The translations under genes were made by a program, and so were the position numbers. From a bacterium (lineage in GTDB: Bacteria; Patescibacteriota; Minisyncoccia; Phycocordibacterales; Phycocordibacteraceae), in assembly GCA_027311385.1 (NCBI GenBank), contig DAICZA010000003.1:1-40398 (forward strand): 40,398 bases of DNA, written 5' to 3'. Below are positions 24,867 through 34,488 of this stretch, piece after piece (the first letter of the stretch is position 1; every line of letters starts with the position of its first letter). The notes below the pieces were generated by a model. That model was not told the DNA's origin and searched no databases. It saw nothing but the letters and a program-made list of their open reading frames with translations.

Positions 24867-24907
24867 AAAAAATGAAAATCCACTCGGATGAGTGGATTTC
24901 ATTTTTT
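24867..24907 (-). terminator. Rho-independent terminator directly after tmRNA
   Basis: AAAAAATGAAATCCACTC-atcc-GAGTGGATTTTCATTTTTT on the minus strand. It starts 2 nt after the tmRNA 3' end. Confidence 0.85.
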
Positions 24908-24908
24908 G

Positions 24909-25329
24909 TGGAGGCGGGGGGAATTGGACCCCCGTCCGAATCTGGCCAAGAAAGCGAGTCTACGACGCATAGTCGACGTTAGCTTTGAGGCAGGATGCGA
25001 GGAACGCCGGCGAAACCATTCCTGCCCGATCCCTTATTTAAATGCGCCGGACGGGAGGCCGGGCACCGAGTTCACAGATAATTCCGCCCATCTCCTACGC
25101 TGTGAACGCCGAGAGAAGATGAACGTCGCGCGAGGCGATGGCGAGCTTACGCTCGAGCCGTCGCGTAGGCGAACGCAATGTCGCCGACCTTACCGAAGTA
25201 AGGAGACTTCGTTGCGCTTGCAAGAGTGTTCTTGGCAAGTTTGGTTGCTCGGACGGATTACAGTGTCATACGAGCGTGCACTGCGTCGCACGTCTTTCAA
25301 GGTACAGACCGTCAAAGCCGGTCACCCCC
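24909..25329 (-). ncRNA. ssrA: tmRNA (SsrA)
   Basis: 5' GGGGGTGACCGGCTTTGACGG and 3' GGACGGGGGTCCAATTCCCCCCGCCTCCA form a tRNA-Ala-like acceptor with G3:U70. It lies 39 nt downstream of smpB. CCA is not encoded (CAA follows). Confidence 0.9.
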
Positions 25330-25368
25330 GAGAAATGCAGAATCGGAAAACTTCTGAACTTTTCGGGA

Positions 25369-25812
25369 CTACCGATTTTTCAATACTCGCGACATGTCGC
25401 GCGTCGCGTCGCGTTTCTTCAGGTCTTCGCGGCGGTCGGCCTTGCCTTTGCCGCGGACAATCGCGATGCGCGCCTTCACGAACCTGCCGGCAGTATACAC
25501 CTCAAATGGGATGATTGTCAACCCTTTCTTCGCCTCGGCGGCGAGAAGCTCGGCGACCTCTTTCTTGTTGAGCAGGAGACGGCGCGGGCGCTCGGGGTCA
25601 TAGCTCTTCGGCGTATTCGCGGCTTGGTACGGCGGGATGGTCATCCCGACGATGAACGCTTCCCCGCCGCGCACCACCACCCGCGCACCGTCCAAGGAGC
25701 CCTGCTTGGCGCGGAGCGCTTTCACCTCAGTACCCACGAGTTCAAGACCCGCCGCGAAGTGCTCCAGCGGGGCGTATTTCAGGTGCGCTTTCTTATTCGC
25801 AACGAGGGTCAT
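25369..25812 (-). CDS. smpB: SsrA-binding protein SmpB
   Basis: NKKAHLKYAPLEHFAAGLELVGTEVKALR, and LLLNKKEVAELL...IPFEVY...KARIAIVRGKG. TATACT (25820-25825) is 7 nt upstream of ATG 25812. Confidence 0.9.
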   Translation of the reverse strand: MTLVANKKAHLKYAPLEHFAAGLELVGTEVKALRAKQGSLDGARVVVRGGEAFIVGMTIPPYQAANTPKSYDPERPRRLLLNKKEVAELLAAEAKKGLTIIPFEVYTAGRFVKARIAIVRGKGKADRREDLKKRDATRDMSRVLKNR

Positions 25813-25930
25813 ACGGCAAAGTATACCGCACCTTTGACTTTCCACCCGATTTTACGTAGTGTGGCTCCTGTAATTAGCTGTAATCCGCAGATGTAGTTAT
25901 CTGTTCTTCAATCCAGACCAAGGAGGCACT

Positions 25931-26647
25931 ATGTCTCAGAAAGTGAGTCTCACCCCGGCCGAGCAATTCGTCAGGTTTGCACTGAGAATCGGCTCAATCG
26001 AACTTATCCCACAAGGGCGGCCTCTGAAGAATGGACGGGTATCGCCCTATTTCTTCAATGCCGGATTGTTCAACACGGGCGAGGAAATCGGGGAACTTGC
26101 TGGTGCCTATTCGGAGGTCATCATGGAACACTTCGACACCGCCGCCGGAGACGAGCAACCGGCATATGACATCCTGTATGGCCCGCCGTATAAGGGAACG
26201 ATTCTTGTTCCCGTGATTGCCTACAACCAATATATGTATGGGCGGCACGGAAGTATTCATTTCTGTTCCAGCCGCAAAGAGGCCAAGGATCACGGCGAAG
26301 GCGGTTCGCTCATCGGCTCGCCAATCCAGTCCGGGGATCGCGTGCTTATTGTCGACGACGTCATAACCGACGGCTGGACGAAAAAAGAAGCCGTGGAATT
26401 CATCAGGGGCTTCGGCGGCATACCTGTCGGCCTCATCATCGCGTTCGACCGACAAGAACGCGGAAAGGGCGAGCTATCGGCAGTGCAGGAGTTCGAGAAG
26501 GAGTATGGAATTCCGGTACATGCCGCTGCGACACTCGCCGACCTCATCTCATTCCTACAAAAAACACCGGCCGAGAGCGGCGACGATAATATCGGCGAAG
26601 TGCTCGAAAAGATCCTCGCTTACCAAAAGCAGTACGGCGTCTCATGA
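25931..26647 (+). CDS. pyrE: Orotate phosphoribosyltransferase
   Basis: SPYFFNAGLFNTGEEIGEL, YGPPYKGTILV, and PRPP loop VLIVDDVITDGWTKKEA. An AAGGAGG Shine-Dalgarno site lies 6 nt upstream. Confidence 0.85.
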   Translation: MSQKVSLTPAEQFVRFALRIGSIELIPQGRPLKNGRVSPYFFNAGLFNTGEEIGELAGAYSEVIMEHFDTAAGDEQPAYDILYGPPYKGTILVPVIAYNQYMYGRHGSIHFCSSRKEAKDHGEGGSLIGSPIQSGDRVLIVDDVITDGWTKKEAVEFIRGFGGIPVGLIIAFDRQERGKGELSAVQEFEKEYGIPVHAAATLADLISFLQKTPAESGDDNIGEVLEKILAYQKQYGVS

Positions 26648-26666
26648 GCTAGAGACACCGTTAGCG

Positions 26667-26700
26667 GGCCGCAACCGAAGTCTGGTTGCGGCCTTTTTCT
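26667..26700. terminator. Bidirectional terminator between pyrE and cfa
   Basis: GGCCGCAACC-gaagtct-GGTTGCGGCC followed by TTTTTCT. Confidence 0.8.
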
Positions 26701-26701
26701 T

Positions 26702-27817
26702 TTACCGCACGCTCGTGTACCCGCCCGGGACGCCTCCTTTGGAGAGGACGATTTGCCAGAGCTGCATCTCTCGCGCGCGGAAGCCGCCGGCGCAGGTGAG
26801 GAGATAATATTTCCACATCCGATAAAATCGGTCTCCGTACTTTTCTTTGAGCGAGGGCCACGCGGCGTCAAAGTTCGCAAACCACGCCATCAACGTCTTA
26901 TCGTAATCGGCGCCGAAATTGTGCAGGTCCTCCACGATAAACAAATTCTCAATCGCCTTCCCCATCTGCGCGATGGACGGAAGCACACCGCCCGGGAAAA
27001 TATATTTCTCAAACCACGGGTCGCTCGTGAGCTGGGAGACCTTGTAGCCGATGGTGTGCAGGAGGAAGAACCCGCCGTCTTTGAGGCACCGGTTCGCGAC
27101 CTCAAAGTACGTCCGGTAATTCTTCACGCCCACGTGCTCAAACATACCGAGCGAGACGATGTGGTCAAATTCCTCGTGTACGTCGCGATAGTCTTGCACG
27201 CGTATCTCCACCGACAGGCCAGCGCAGTTTTCACGGGCGAGTTCTGCCTGCTCTTTGGAAACGGTGACACCGACAACCTGCGCGCCGTATTTCTCCGCCG
27301 CGTACTTCGCGAAGCTCCCCCAGCCGCACCCGATGTCCAGCACGCGGTCACCTTTCTGGAGTCCTATTTTCCGGCAGACGAGGTCAAGCTTCGCCTCCTG
27401 CGCTTCATCAAGCGTCGTTGCATCCTTCCAGTAGCCGCAGGTGTACACCATACGCTTGTCCAGCATTGCTTCGTACAGGTCGTTCCCGAGGTCATAATGC
27501 ACCTCGCCCACTTTGAACGCGCGCTGGCTTGACTGCAGATTGAACACAAACGCCTTCGCGATGGCGAGCACGGAGGCGAGGTTAATCTCAAACTCCTTCT
27601 CCAGATGCGCCAGAAACACGTCGTGAATGAACACGTCCAGCGCGTTCGCGTCCCACCAGCCGTCCATATACGCTTCGCCGAGACCCATGGTCCCAAAGCG
27701 GATGACGCGGTTAAACAATCGCTCGTCGTGCACCGTGATGTCTTGCGGGCGCGACCCGCCGATTTCCACATCGGCCTTTTTCAAAAGGCCTCCTATAAAT
27801 GCGCGTGCAGATGCCAT
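26702..27817 (-). CDS. cfa: Cyclopropane-fatty-acyl-phospholipid synthase family SAM methyltransferase
   Basis: VLDIGCGWGSFAKYAAEKYGAQVVGVTVSKEQ and HIVSLGMFEHVG. TATAGT (27826-27831) is 8 nt upstream of the ATG. Confidence 0.85.
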   Translation of the reverse strand: MASARAFIGGLLKKADVEIGGSRPQDITVHDERLFNRVIRFGTMGLGEAYMDGWWDANALDVFIHDVFLAHLEKEFEINLASVLAIAKAFVFNLQSSQRAFKVGEVHYDLGNDLYEAMLDKRMVYTCGYWKDATTLDEAQEAKLDLVCRKIGLQKGDRVLDIGCGWGSFAKYAAEKYGAQVVGVTVSKEQAELARENCAGLSVEIRVQDYRDVHEEFDHIVSLGMFEHVGVKNYRTYFEVANRCLKDGGFFLLHTIGYKVSQLTSDPWFEKYIFPGGVLPSIAQMGKAIENLFIVEDLHNFGADYDKTLMAWFANFDAAWPSLKEKYGDRFYRMWKYYLLTCAGGFRAREMQLWQIVLSKGGVPGGYTSVR

Positions 27818-27857
27818 ATGTCCGCACTATATCGCTCCCGTACAGAAAATCCAGTCT

Positions 27858-29657
27858 CTACCGGCGGGCTTTGGCGCGGTCGTTTTCCGTCAAGTACTGC
27901 TTGCGCAGGCGAACCGACTTCGGCGTGATTTCCAGGTATTCGTCGTCGGACATGATCTCCATACCGCGCTCAATCGTGAGGTCAAAGATGGGCACGAGCG
28001 TGAGCGCCTCGTCCATGCCGGAGGAGCGCACGTTGGACTGATTCTTGCCCTTGGTCGGGTTCGCGCTCATCTCTTCGCCCTTCGCGGTATTGCCGATGAC
28101 CATGCCCTCATACACCTCCGTCGCCGGCGTGATGTAGAGCTGGCCGCGGTCCTGCAAGTACCAGAGCGAATACCCGAGCGCCTTGCCCGTTGCCATAGAA
28201 ATCATAGAGCCGACCTGCCGCTTCTTAATCTCGCCCGCGTACGGCTTGAAGCCGACAAACTGCGACGAGAGGATGCCCTCGCCCTTCGTATCAATAACGA
28301 AAATGTTCCGGTAGCCCAAGAGGCCGCGCGTCGGGCCCTGGAGCGTGAGCCGGACGATGTTGCCGTGCTGGGTGAGATTCTGGAGCACGAACGCGCGCAG
28401 GCCGAGCTTCTCAATAATGGCACCCTGGAATTCCGACGGTGTATCAATGACGACTTCTTCAAACGGCTCCAGCTTCACACCGTTCTCTTCGTGTGTGATA
28501 ACGTGCGGCTGGGAAATCTGGAGCTCGTACCCTTCGCGTCGCATATTTTCCAGAAGCACGGCGATGTGGAGCTCGCCGCGGCCGGAGACGAGAAACGTCT
28601 CGGCGCTCCCGAAGTCCACCTTGAGCCCGACGTTGACCTCCAGTTCCTTCTCCAGGCGGTCGCGTATCTGGCGGCTTGTGACGAACTTCCCTTCGCGTCC
28701 GGCAAAGGGCGAATTGTTCACGAGGAAATTGAGCGCGATGGTCGGCTCGTCCACCGCGATGGCCGGAAGCGGCGCGGCCGACTCGTTCGTCGTCACCGTC
28801 TCGCCGATGTAGATGTCGGGCAGCCCCGCGATAAGCGCGATGTCGCCCGCGCTCGCTTCCGGCGTCTCCACGCGCTCCAGTCCTTTGAAGGTGAATATCT
28901 TCGTCGTGCGGCCGGTGCGCACCGTGCCGTCCGGCTTTTTGATGAACACGGTTTGGTTGGGGCGCACGGTACCCTCGTAGATGCGGCCGACCGCGAGCCG
29001 GCCCATAAAATTGTCGTAGGCGAGATTAAACGGCTGGAGCAGAAGCGGCGCATCGGCGGACGCATTCGCGTTTGCCGGCGGCACTTTCTCCAGTATCAAA
29101 TCCAGAAGCGGCGAGAGGTCTTTCTCTTCACCCACGAGGAGCTCGTCGGGCGTGAGCGCAGCACGGCCGTCGCGGCCGATCGCGTAGACCACCGGGAAAT
29201 CGCACTGTTCGTCGGTTGCGCCGAGTTCCATAAACAACTCCAGCACTTGGTCGTGTGCGCGCGCCGGGTCGGCGGCCGGCTTATCTATTTTATTGAGCAC
29301 AACAATCGGCTTGAGGCCGAGCTCCAGCGACTTCTTGAGTACGAACCGCGTCTGCGGCATCGGCCCTTCCTGCGCGTCCACGACGAGCAGAACCGAATCA
29401 ATACTGCGGAGCACGCGCTCCACTTCGCTGCCGAAGTCCGCGTGGCCGGGCGTGTCCACGATGTTTATCTTGGTGCCCTTGTACTCCACCGCCGCGTTCT
29501 TGGCGTAAATGGTGATGCCGCGCTCCTTCTCCAGCGCGTTGGTGTCCATCGTGGTGCCTTCCGGCGAGGCGCCCGTCTGCTTCAGAATGGCGTCGGTGAG
29601 CGCGGTCTTCCCGTGGTCCACGTGTGCGATTATCGCTATATTTCTTATTTCGGTCAT
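27858..29657 (-). CDS. typA: Translational GTPase TypA/BipA
   Basis: [31 protein letters not shown] and NKIDK, with BipA-type C-terminal domains. ATG 29657 has TATAAC (29666-29671) 8 nt upstream. Confidence 0.95.
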   Translation of the reverse strand: MTEIRNIAIIAHVDHGKTALTDAILKQTGASPEGTTMDTNALEKERGITIYAKNAAVEYKGTKINIVDTPGHADFGSEVERVLRSIDSVLLVVDAQEGPMPQTRFVLKKSLELGLKPIVVLNKIDKPAADPARAHDQVLELFMELGATDEQCDFPVVYAIGRDGRAALTPDELLVGEEKDLSPLLDLILEKVPPANANASADAPLLLQPFNLAYDNFMGRLAVGRIYEGTVRPNQTVFIKKPDGTVRTGRTTKIFTFKGLERVETPEASAGDIALIAGLPDIYIGETVTTNESAAPLPAIAVDEPTIALNFLVNNSPFAGREGKFVTSRQIRDRLEKELEVNVGLKVDFGSAETFLVSGRGELHIAVLLENMRREGYELQISQPHVITHEENGVKLEPFEEVVIDTPSEFQGAIIEKLGLRAFVLQNLTQHGNIVRLTLQGPTRGLLGYRNIFVIDTKGEGILSSQFVGFKPYAGEIKKRQVGSMISMATGKALGYSLWYLQDRGQLYITPATEVYEGMVIGNTAKGEEMSANPTKGKNQSNVRSSGMDEALTLVPIFDLTIERGMEIMSDDEYLEITPKSVRLRKQYLTENDRAKARR

Positions 29658-29732
29658 ATTCAAAGGTTATACCGCAACTGAAATGACTCTCGCCCCGTAG
29701 CCGCCCGAGCGAAGCGAGGGCGTGGTACTGGG

Positions 29733-29771
29733 GTGGTCCACGTGTGCGATTATCGCTATGTTTCTAATTTC
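29733..29771. repeat. 39-nt copy of the typA 5' coding end, 120 bp upstream of the original
   Basis: 29733-29771 matches 29613-29651 at 37 of 39 nt (mismatches at 29760 and 29766). With ATG 29774 it opens a 35-codon ORF ([14 protein letters not shown]...) ending at TAA 29667-29669. Confidence 0.85.
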
Positions 29772-29843
29772 CATAAATAAAAAATGCCCTCGGGCGATGA
29801 ATTCAATATACAACACGAATGCGCGAAGCGCAATGCGCGGTCG

Positions 29844-31232
29844 CTAGAACCAGAACGAGGCGATGGCGGCGACACCGGAGAGCGCCATGATGGCGATGGT
29901 CACCCAGCCGATGAAGGACGCGAACGGGTGGTTCGCGTACTCGCCCATATGCCGCTTGTCGCTTGAAAGCCGCACCACGAAGAAGAGGATGACGGGCGCG
30001 ATCACGCCGTTCGCAACCGCGGCGTAGATGAGCCCCTTGATCGGGTCCAGGTGCGCGAAGTTCGCGGCGATGCCAAGCAGCATGGAGACGATGATGACGC
30101 CGTAAAACGCGTACGCCTGCTTCAGCTTGCGGTAGAGGCCGTACTTCCAGCCGAGACTCTCGGCTATCGCGTACGCGCTGGAGCCCGCGAGGACGGGCAC
30201 CGCCAAGAGGCCGGTGCCGACGATGCCGAGTGCGAAGAGGAAGAACGCGGACTCGCCAAAGGGGCGTAGCGCCAAGGCGGCCTGGTCCGCCGTCGCGATG
30301 TTCGTGATGCCGTGCGCGTAGAGCGTGCCGGCGCACGCGGCGAAGATGAAAAACGTGATGAGGTTGGAGAACAGCATCCCGCTCCATACGTCGGTCCGCA
30401 TGCGGCGTATCGTCTTCGGGTGCACTTGTGCACGGCGCACTTCAATCGTGTCCTCTCCCTTCAGTATCTTCTCCTCCACTTCCTGCGACGTCTGCCAGAA
30501 GAAGAGGTAGGGAGAAATGGTGGTGCCGAGCACGGCGCAGACGAGGAATATCTGAGTCTTGGAAAACGTCATAGAAGGAACGACGAGATGCCGGAGCACA
30601 TCGCCCCAATCAAGCCCGACCGAGAATGCGACGACGACATAGGAGAGGAGCGCGAGCGCGAGATATTTCAGGTATTTCGCATAGCGCGCGTAGGTGGTGA
30701 ATACTTGGAGGATGAGGCTCGCGAGCGCGAAGACGATAACGAGCAGTTCAAATCCGAACTGCGGCAGGACGAGCCGCGTCCCCGCCGCCATCGCGCCGAG
30801 GTCGGCGGCGATGTTGAGCACGTTGGCGAGGAAGAGGAGCGCCGTGACCAGATAGAGCGCGCTCGACGAATAGTGGCGGCGGATGTTCGCCGCGAGCCCC
30901 TGCCCGCTCACAATGCCAATCCTCGCGCACATCTCCTGCACCGTCGCCATAAACGGGTAGGTGAAGAGCGCGGTCCAGATGAGCTGAAGCCCGTACTGCG
31001 CGCCCGCCTGCGAGTAGGTGGCGATGCCGGACGGGTCGTCGTCGGCGGCGCCGGTCGTGAGCCCGGGGCCGAGCGTATCCCAGTATTCTTCCGCGAGTTT
31101 GAACGGCCGCTTGCTGATGATTCTTTTCTCTCCTTTCTTCGCAAGCTCAATGCCCTCCTCCAATACTGCCGCCGGTGCTTCAAACGCTTCCTCCATTTCT
31201 TTCCGGAACGGGTGCTGCTCTTCTGCATTCAT
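29844..31232 (-). CDS. NRAMP-family divalent metal transporter
   Basis: GPGLTTGAADDDPSGIATYSQAGAQYGLQLIW is an NRAMP-like DPxG-type motif, with about 11 TM helices. ATG 31232 has TATGAT (31242-31247) 9 nt upstream. The ORF opens at GTG 31271. Confidence 0.8.
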   Translation of the reverse strand: MNAEEQHPFRKEMEEAFEAPAAVLEEGIELAKKGEKRIISKRPFKLAEEYWDTLGPGLTTGAADDDPSGIATYSQAGAQYGLQLIWTALFTYPFMATVQEMCARIGIVSGQGLAANIRRHYSSSALYLVTALLFLANVLNIAADLGAMAAGTRLVLPQFGFELLVIVFALASLILQVFTTYARYAKYLKYLALALLSYVVVAFSVGLDWGDVLRHLVVPSMTFSKTQIFLVCAVLGTTISPYLFFWQTSQEVEEKILKGEDTIEVRRAQVHPKTIRRMRTDVWSGMLFSNLITFFIFAACAGTLYAHGITNIATADQAALALRPFGESAFFLFALGIVGTGLLAVPVLAGSSAYAIAESLGWKYGLYRKLKQAYAFYGVIIVSMLLGIAANFAHLDPIKGLIYAAVANGVIAPVILFFVVRLSSDKRHMGEYANHPFASFIGWVTIAIMALSGVAAIASFWF

Positions 31233-31288
31233 AGTGACCTCATCATACCTTTGGAATCCCGGACCGGACACTTAATCCACACGGTGCG

Positions 31289-32815
31289 TTATTTCCCCAA
31301 ATCCAGAATATCGTCAATGCGTACCTGCGCGACAAACTCCGGCACGTGGGAGACGAGGATGAGCGCACCCGCGTACTGGTCCAGCGCCTTGGCGATAATC
31401 GGCAGGTGGCGGAAATTGATGTGGTTTGTCGGCTCATCCAGGATAAGGAGGCCGGGGCGCTCGAGCACGAGCGAAGCGATCGCGACGAGCCCCTTCTGCC
31501 CTTCGGAGAGACTGCCGATTTTCGTATGGATGACGTCGGCGGTAATGAGAAATCCGGCGGCAATCGTGCGCAGGCGCTCTTCGTCCGGCCGGCCCATCGC
31601 GTGCCGGAGCGCTTCCAGCACCGTCTGGTCAAAATCCAGCGTGGAGAAATCCTGGCGGTAGTAGCCCACCTTCACGCCGTCGGAGATGACCGCTCCCTCG
31701 GCGATGCCGCGCGCAATCGCCTCAAGCAGCGTGGTCTTGCCGATGCCGTTGGGCCCGCGAAGCAGGAGATGCTGATTCTTACGGAGTGCGATGTTCGTCT
31801 TCTTCGTAATCGGCTTGCCCTTCGGCGACTGCACCGTGTATGACGTGAGTGCGAGCACAACGCCGCTCAAGTGCTCCTGCGCGGGAATCGTAAACGGCCG
31901 GATGGTCTTGTCCTCTTTGCGCACGTCCACTTTCGCCTCTTCCATCTCTTCCACTTCGGTGCGCATCTTCTTCGCAACGAGGCGCATCTTCCCGCCTTTC
32001 TGCGCGAAGAAGTTCGCCTTGTCTTTGTTCTCCTGGATTTTTTTCTCCAACTGCGCGTTCTTGCGGTTCTCCTTCTCAATGCGCGCGAGGATGTCGCGCT
32101 GCACGTCATGATAGTTGCCGGGGTACTGCTCAATCTTCCTCGTGAACACGTCCAGGTAGAGCACGCCGGTGGTAAAGGCGTTCAAGAACTCGGCGTCGTG
32201 CGAGATCACGACGCAGGTGCCCTGATACGCCACGAGAAAGTTCGTGAGGTGTTCAATGCCGGCTTTATCCAGATTGTTCGTGGGCTCATCCAAGAGGAGG
32301 AGATCGGGATTCTGGATGAGCGCGGAGGCGAGGAGGAGGCGCGCCTGCTGACCGCCCGAGAAGCTCTTCACAATGCGGTCGTGCACTTTCGTGTGCCCTT
32401 TCAGGTTCACCACCTCCAGCACGTCGTCTATCTTCGGGTCTATGTCGTACGCCTTTGCATCAAGATAAGATTGGAAGAAATCGCGGACGGTGAGTTCCAT
32501 CTTCTCGCGCGGTATCACCTGCGAGGCGAGCGCCACCTTCATGCCGTGCGCAGTATGTATCTCGCCGGACTCGGGTTTGAGTGCGCCGGTCATGAGAGAA
32601 AAGAGCGTGGACTTGCCGGCGCCGTTCTGCCCCATCACCGCCATCTTCATCCCGCGGCGCAGCGAAAAATCCACCTCCTCCAAAATAGGTTTGTTGTGCG
32701 ACCAATTTCTCTTGCCCGTACCCGGGCTTAGAGAAATGGAAGTGCCCACGTCCTCGTGGGCCCCGTATTCAAACGACACGCTTTCAAAGCGTATGACGCT
32801 TTCTTCTTTGGCCAT
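31289..32815 (-). CDS. ABC-F family ATPase (two ABC cassettes, no TM domain)
   Basis: Walker A GQNGAGKST and GPNGIGKTT. Signatures FSGGQQARLLLA and LSEGQKGLVAIA. A charged linker (ENRKNAQLEKKIQENKDK) joins the cassettes. TATGGT (32822-32827) is 6 nt upstream. Confidence 0.85.
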   Translation of the reverse strand: MAKEESVIRFESVSFEYGAHEDVGTSISLSPGTGKRNWSHNKPILEEVDFSLRRGMKMAVMGQNGAGKSTLFSLMTGALKPESGEIHTAHGMKVALASQVIPREKMELTVRDFFQSYLDAKAYDIDPKIDDVLEVVNLKGHTKVHDRIVKSFSGGQQARLLLASALIQNPDLLLLDEPTNNLDKAGIEHLTNFLVAYQGTCVVISHDAEFLNAFTTGVLYLDVFTRKIEQYPGNYHDVQRDILARIEKENRKNAQLEKKIQENKDKANFFAQKGGKMRLVAKKMRTEVEEMEEAKVDVRKEDKTIRPFTIPAQEHLSGVVLALTSYTVQSPKGKPITKKTNIALRKNQHLLLRGPNGIGKTTLLEAIARGIAEGAVISDGVKVGYYRQDFSTLDFDQTVLEALRHAMGRPDEERLRTIAAGFLITADVIHTKIGSLSEGQKGLVAIASLVLERPGLLILDEPTNHINFRHLPIIAKALDQYAGALILVSHVPEFVAQVRIDDILDLGK

Positions 32816-32868
32816 CAGCCAACCATACCTTATTTCGCATTAAAACGGAAAGAATGTATAGTACCGGC

Positions 32869-33576
32869 ATGTCAGACGACTACCCGATGCGCATCAACAA
32901 ATACCTCGCCCACGAGGGCATTTCCACGCGCCGCGGCGCGGACGAACTCATCGCCCGCAAGAAGGTGCTCATAAACGGCCGCGTCGCGGTCATCGGCGAA
33001 AAGGTGAATGAGGGCGACACGGTGGAACTACGCGGCAAGAGTTCCGCGAAGAAGTTCGTCTACTACGCCTACCACAAGCCGGTCGGCGTCATCACCCACT
33101 CGCCGCAACTCGGCGAGAAAGACATCAAGCAGAGCGTCGCGCTCCCGAAGGACGTGTTCCCCGTCGGCCGGCTGGACAAGGACTCCAGCGGGCTCATCAT
33201 CCTCACGAACGACGGCCGCGTGACCGACCGCCTGCTTGCGCCCGGCTACGACCACGACAAGGAGTACCGCGTGCGCACCGCGGAGCCCCTGCGCGAGAGC
33301 TTCAAGAAGACGATGGAAGCGGGCGTGGACATTGAGGGCTACCGCACCAAGCCGTGCACGGTGCGCAAAACCGGCCCGAAGAGTTTTACGATTACGCTCA
33401 CCGAGGGCAAGAAGCATCAAATACGCCGGATGGTCGCGGCCATGCACAACCAAGTCGCGGAGCTGGAGCGTATGCGCATATTAAATGTGCGGCTGGACAA
33501 TCTCGCGCCGGGCGCCTGGCGCGCGATTGAAGGCGCCGAGCTTACGACGTTCCTTTCGCAAATCGGGATGAAATAG
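32869..33576 (+). CDS. RsuA/RluB-family pseudouridine synthase with S4 domain
   Basis: MRINKYLAHEGISTRRGADELI (S4) and catalytic VGRLDKDSSGLIILTNDG. TATAGT (32857-32862) is 6 nt upstream of ATG 32869. ATG 32887 is also possible. Confidence 0.85.
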   Translation: MSDDYPMRINKYLAHEGISTRRGADELIARKKVLINGRVAVIGEKVNEGDTVELRGKSSAKKFVYYAYHKPVGVITHSPQLGEKDIKQSVALPKDVFPVGRLDKDSSGLIILTNDGRVTDRLLAPGYDHDKEYRVRTAEPLRESFKKTMEAGVDIEGYRTKPCTVRKTGPKSFTITLTEGKKHQIRRMVAAMHNQVAELERMRILNVRLDNLAPGAWRAIEGAELTTFLSQIGMK

Positions 33577-33582
33577 AGCGGC

Positions 33583-34041
33583 CTACGCCGGGCGCGCGAC
33601 GCCGGCGAGGCTCCGGAACACGTCGCTCGGCTTCATATATTCTTCGGTGATAGCGGAAATAAGCACGTCATCGCCCGCGTCAAAGTTATGCGTCGCGTCG
33701 GTCATCACGTCGCCGACGTGCGGTCCGCATTCTTCGCGCACCTGCACCGTCACGGGGATGAACGGCACGCCGTGCGTATGAAATACCTGAATGCGGTGAT
33801 TGCCCGCTTCAAGCCGGAATTTCTTATTGCGCACGCCGACACGCATGATAAGCGGGTCGTGGAGCCCTTCGCTCACGATGTTGTCCCAGAGCTCGTCGAG
33901 CGTCACGATGGTGCCGTCTTTGAGGTCGGCTTCGGGCGATACGTCGGCACCCCGATACGCCCAGACCCAGTCGGTCGGCACGAGTTCTATCTTCCCCGCC
34001 GCATACAGCGGATGATTCTTCCAGAGTGCTCGTATGTCCAT
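33583..34041 (-). CDS. Hypothetical protein, possible ParB/sulfiredoxin-like fold
   Basis: KKFRLEAGNHRIQVF resembles the ParB-like nuclease-domain GxHR motif. The assignment is weak. It lies 6 nt downstream of the DUF2061 gene. Confidence 0.4.
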   Translation of the reverse strand: MDIRALWKNHPLYAAGKIELVPTDWVWAYRGADVSPEADLKDGTIVTLDELWDNIVSEGLHDPLIMRVGVRNKKFRLEAGNHRIQVFHTHGVPFIPVTVQVREECGPHVGDVMTDATHNFDAGDDVLISAITEEYMKPSDVFRSLAGVARPA

Positions 34042-34047
34042 AGGCCG

Positions 34048-34281
34048 TTACGCGCGGTGCGGAAGCGGCTTGCGGCCCCAGTGGATGTGCGCCCAGACGC
34101 GCTCGTGGAGGTAGTAGAGAATGGTGCTGTACCCGTCTACAAATATGACGATGCCGACGGAGAGCGCCGCGCTCCTCGTGAAGAAGTACGCGACGCACAA
34201 ATCGGTGATGATACTCACCACGCGATAGCTGACTGATTTCACGATCGAACGGTTGTACGTCTCCGCAGATGTCAATTTCAT
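34048..34281 (-). CDS. DUF2061 family small membrane protein
   Basis: RSIVKSVSYRVVSIITDLCVAYFFT...ILYYLHERVW matches my memory of DUF2061. TATGAT (34288-34293) is 6 nt upstream. Confidence 0.6.
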   Translation of the reverse strand: MKLTSAETYNRSIVKSVSYRVVSIITDLCVAYFFTRSAALSVGIVIFVDGYSTILYYLHERVWAHIHWGRKPLPHRA

Positions 34282-34339
34282 ACGCGCATCATAGCAAATA
34301 AAAAAGCCGGCGATTCATCCGGCGAAAAGCGGTGTACGC

Positions 34340-34365
34340 AAAACCCCCGCAGAAGCGGGGGTTTT
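34340..34365. terminator. Strong bidirectional hairpin
   Basis: AAAACCCCCGC-agaa-GCGGGGGTTTT. A second, weaker hairpin with a T-tract on the minus strand lies at about 34303-34326. Confidence 0.8.
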
Positions 34366-34371
34366 ACAAGC

Positions 34372-34488
34372 TTATGCTGCCGGAGTTTCCGGAGCCGGAG
34401 TCTCTTCCGGAGTTGCCGGCGCTACCGGCATATCGGCGGTCTGCGCAGGATCTACGGGAAGTCCTGCACCATTCATTTCATCAGCCAT
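34372..34488 (-). CDS. Candidate 38-aa acidic, Pro-rich peptide
   Basis: ATG 34488 to TAA 34372 encodes MADEMNGAGLPVDPAQTADMPVAPATPEETPAPETPAA. It is followed immediately by the strong terminator. There is no SD and only a weak -10, so coding status is unproven. Confidence 0.3.
   Translation of the reverse strand: MADEMNGAGLPVDPAQTADMPVAPATPEETPAPETPAA

Noticed and set aside
24626-24883. 86-codon N-terminal extension of ftsH in the ORF track.
   Set aside because: The extension crosses two terminator hairpins and has no FtsH homology. ATG 24625 has a -10 box at the standard distance and is followed by the expected basic stretch and first TM helix.
24888-25896. Plus-strand ORFs 24888-25514 and 25138-25896.
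   Set aside because: They run antisense through tmRNA and smpB. No coding support.
27627-29681. 684-aa plus-strand ORF. Similar long ORFs: 15375-16583, 6458-7591, 30312-31661, 23210-24181, 31871-32731, 11577-12275 and 16992-18029.
   Set aside because: Each lies antisense to a gene with unmistakable conserved motifs (typA, htpX, murJ, NRAMP, ftsH, ABC-F, nrdJ, lemA). Their translations are Arg/Gly/Asp-rich low-complexity sequence typical of shadow ORFs in high-GC DNA.
32650-32760. About 20 extra residues (HEDVGTSISLSPGTGKRNWS) near the N-terminus of the ABC-F protein as a possible insertion element.
   Set aside because: There is no repeat or palindrome at the nucleotide level. It is likely a lineage-specific loop.
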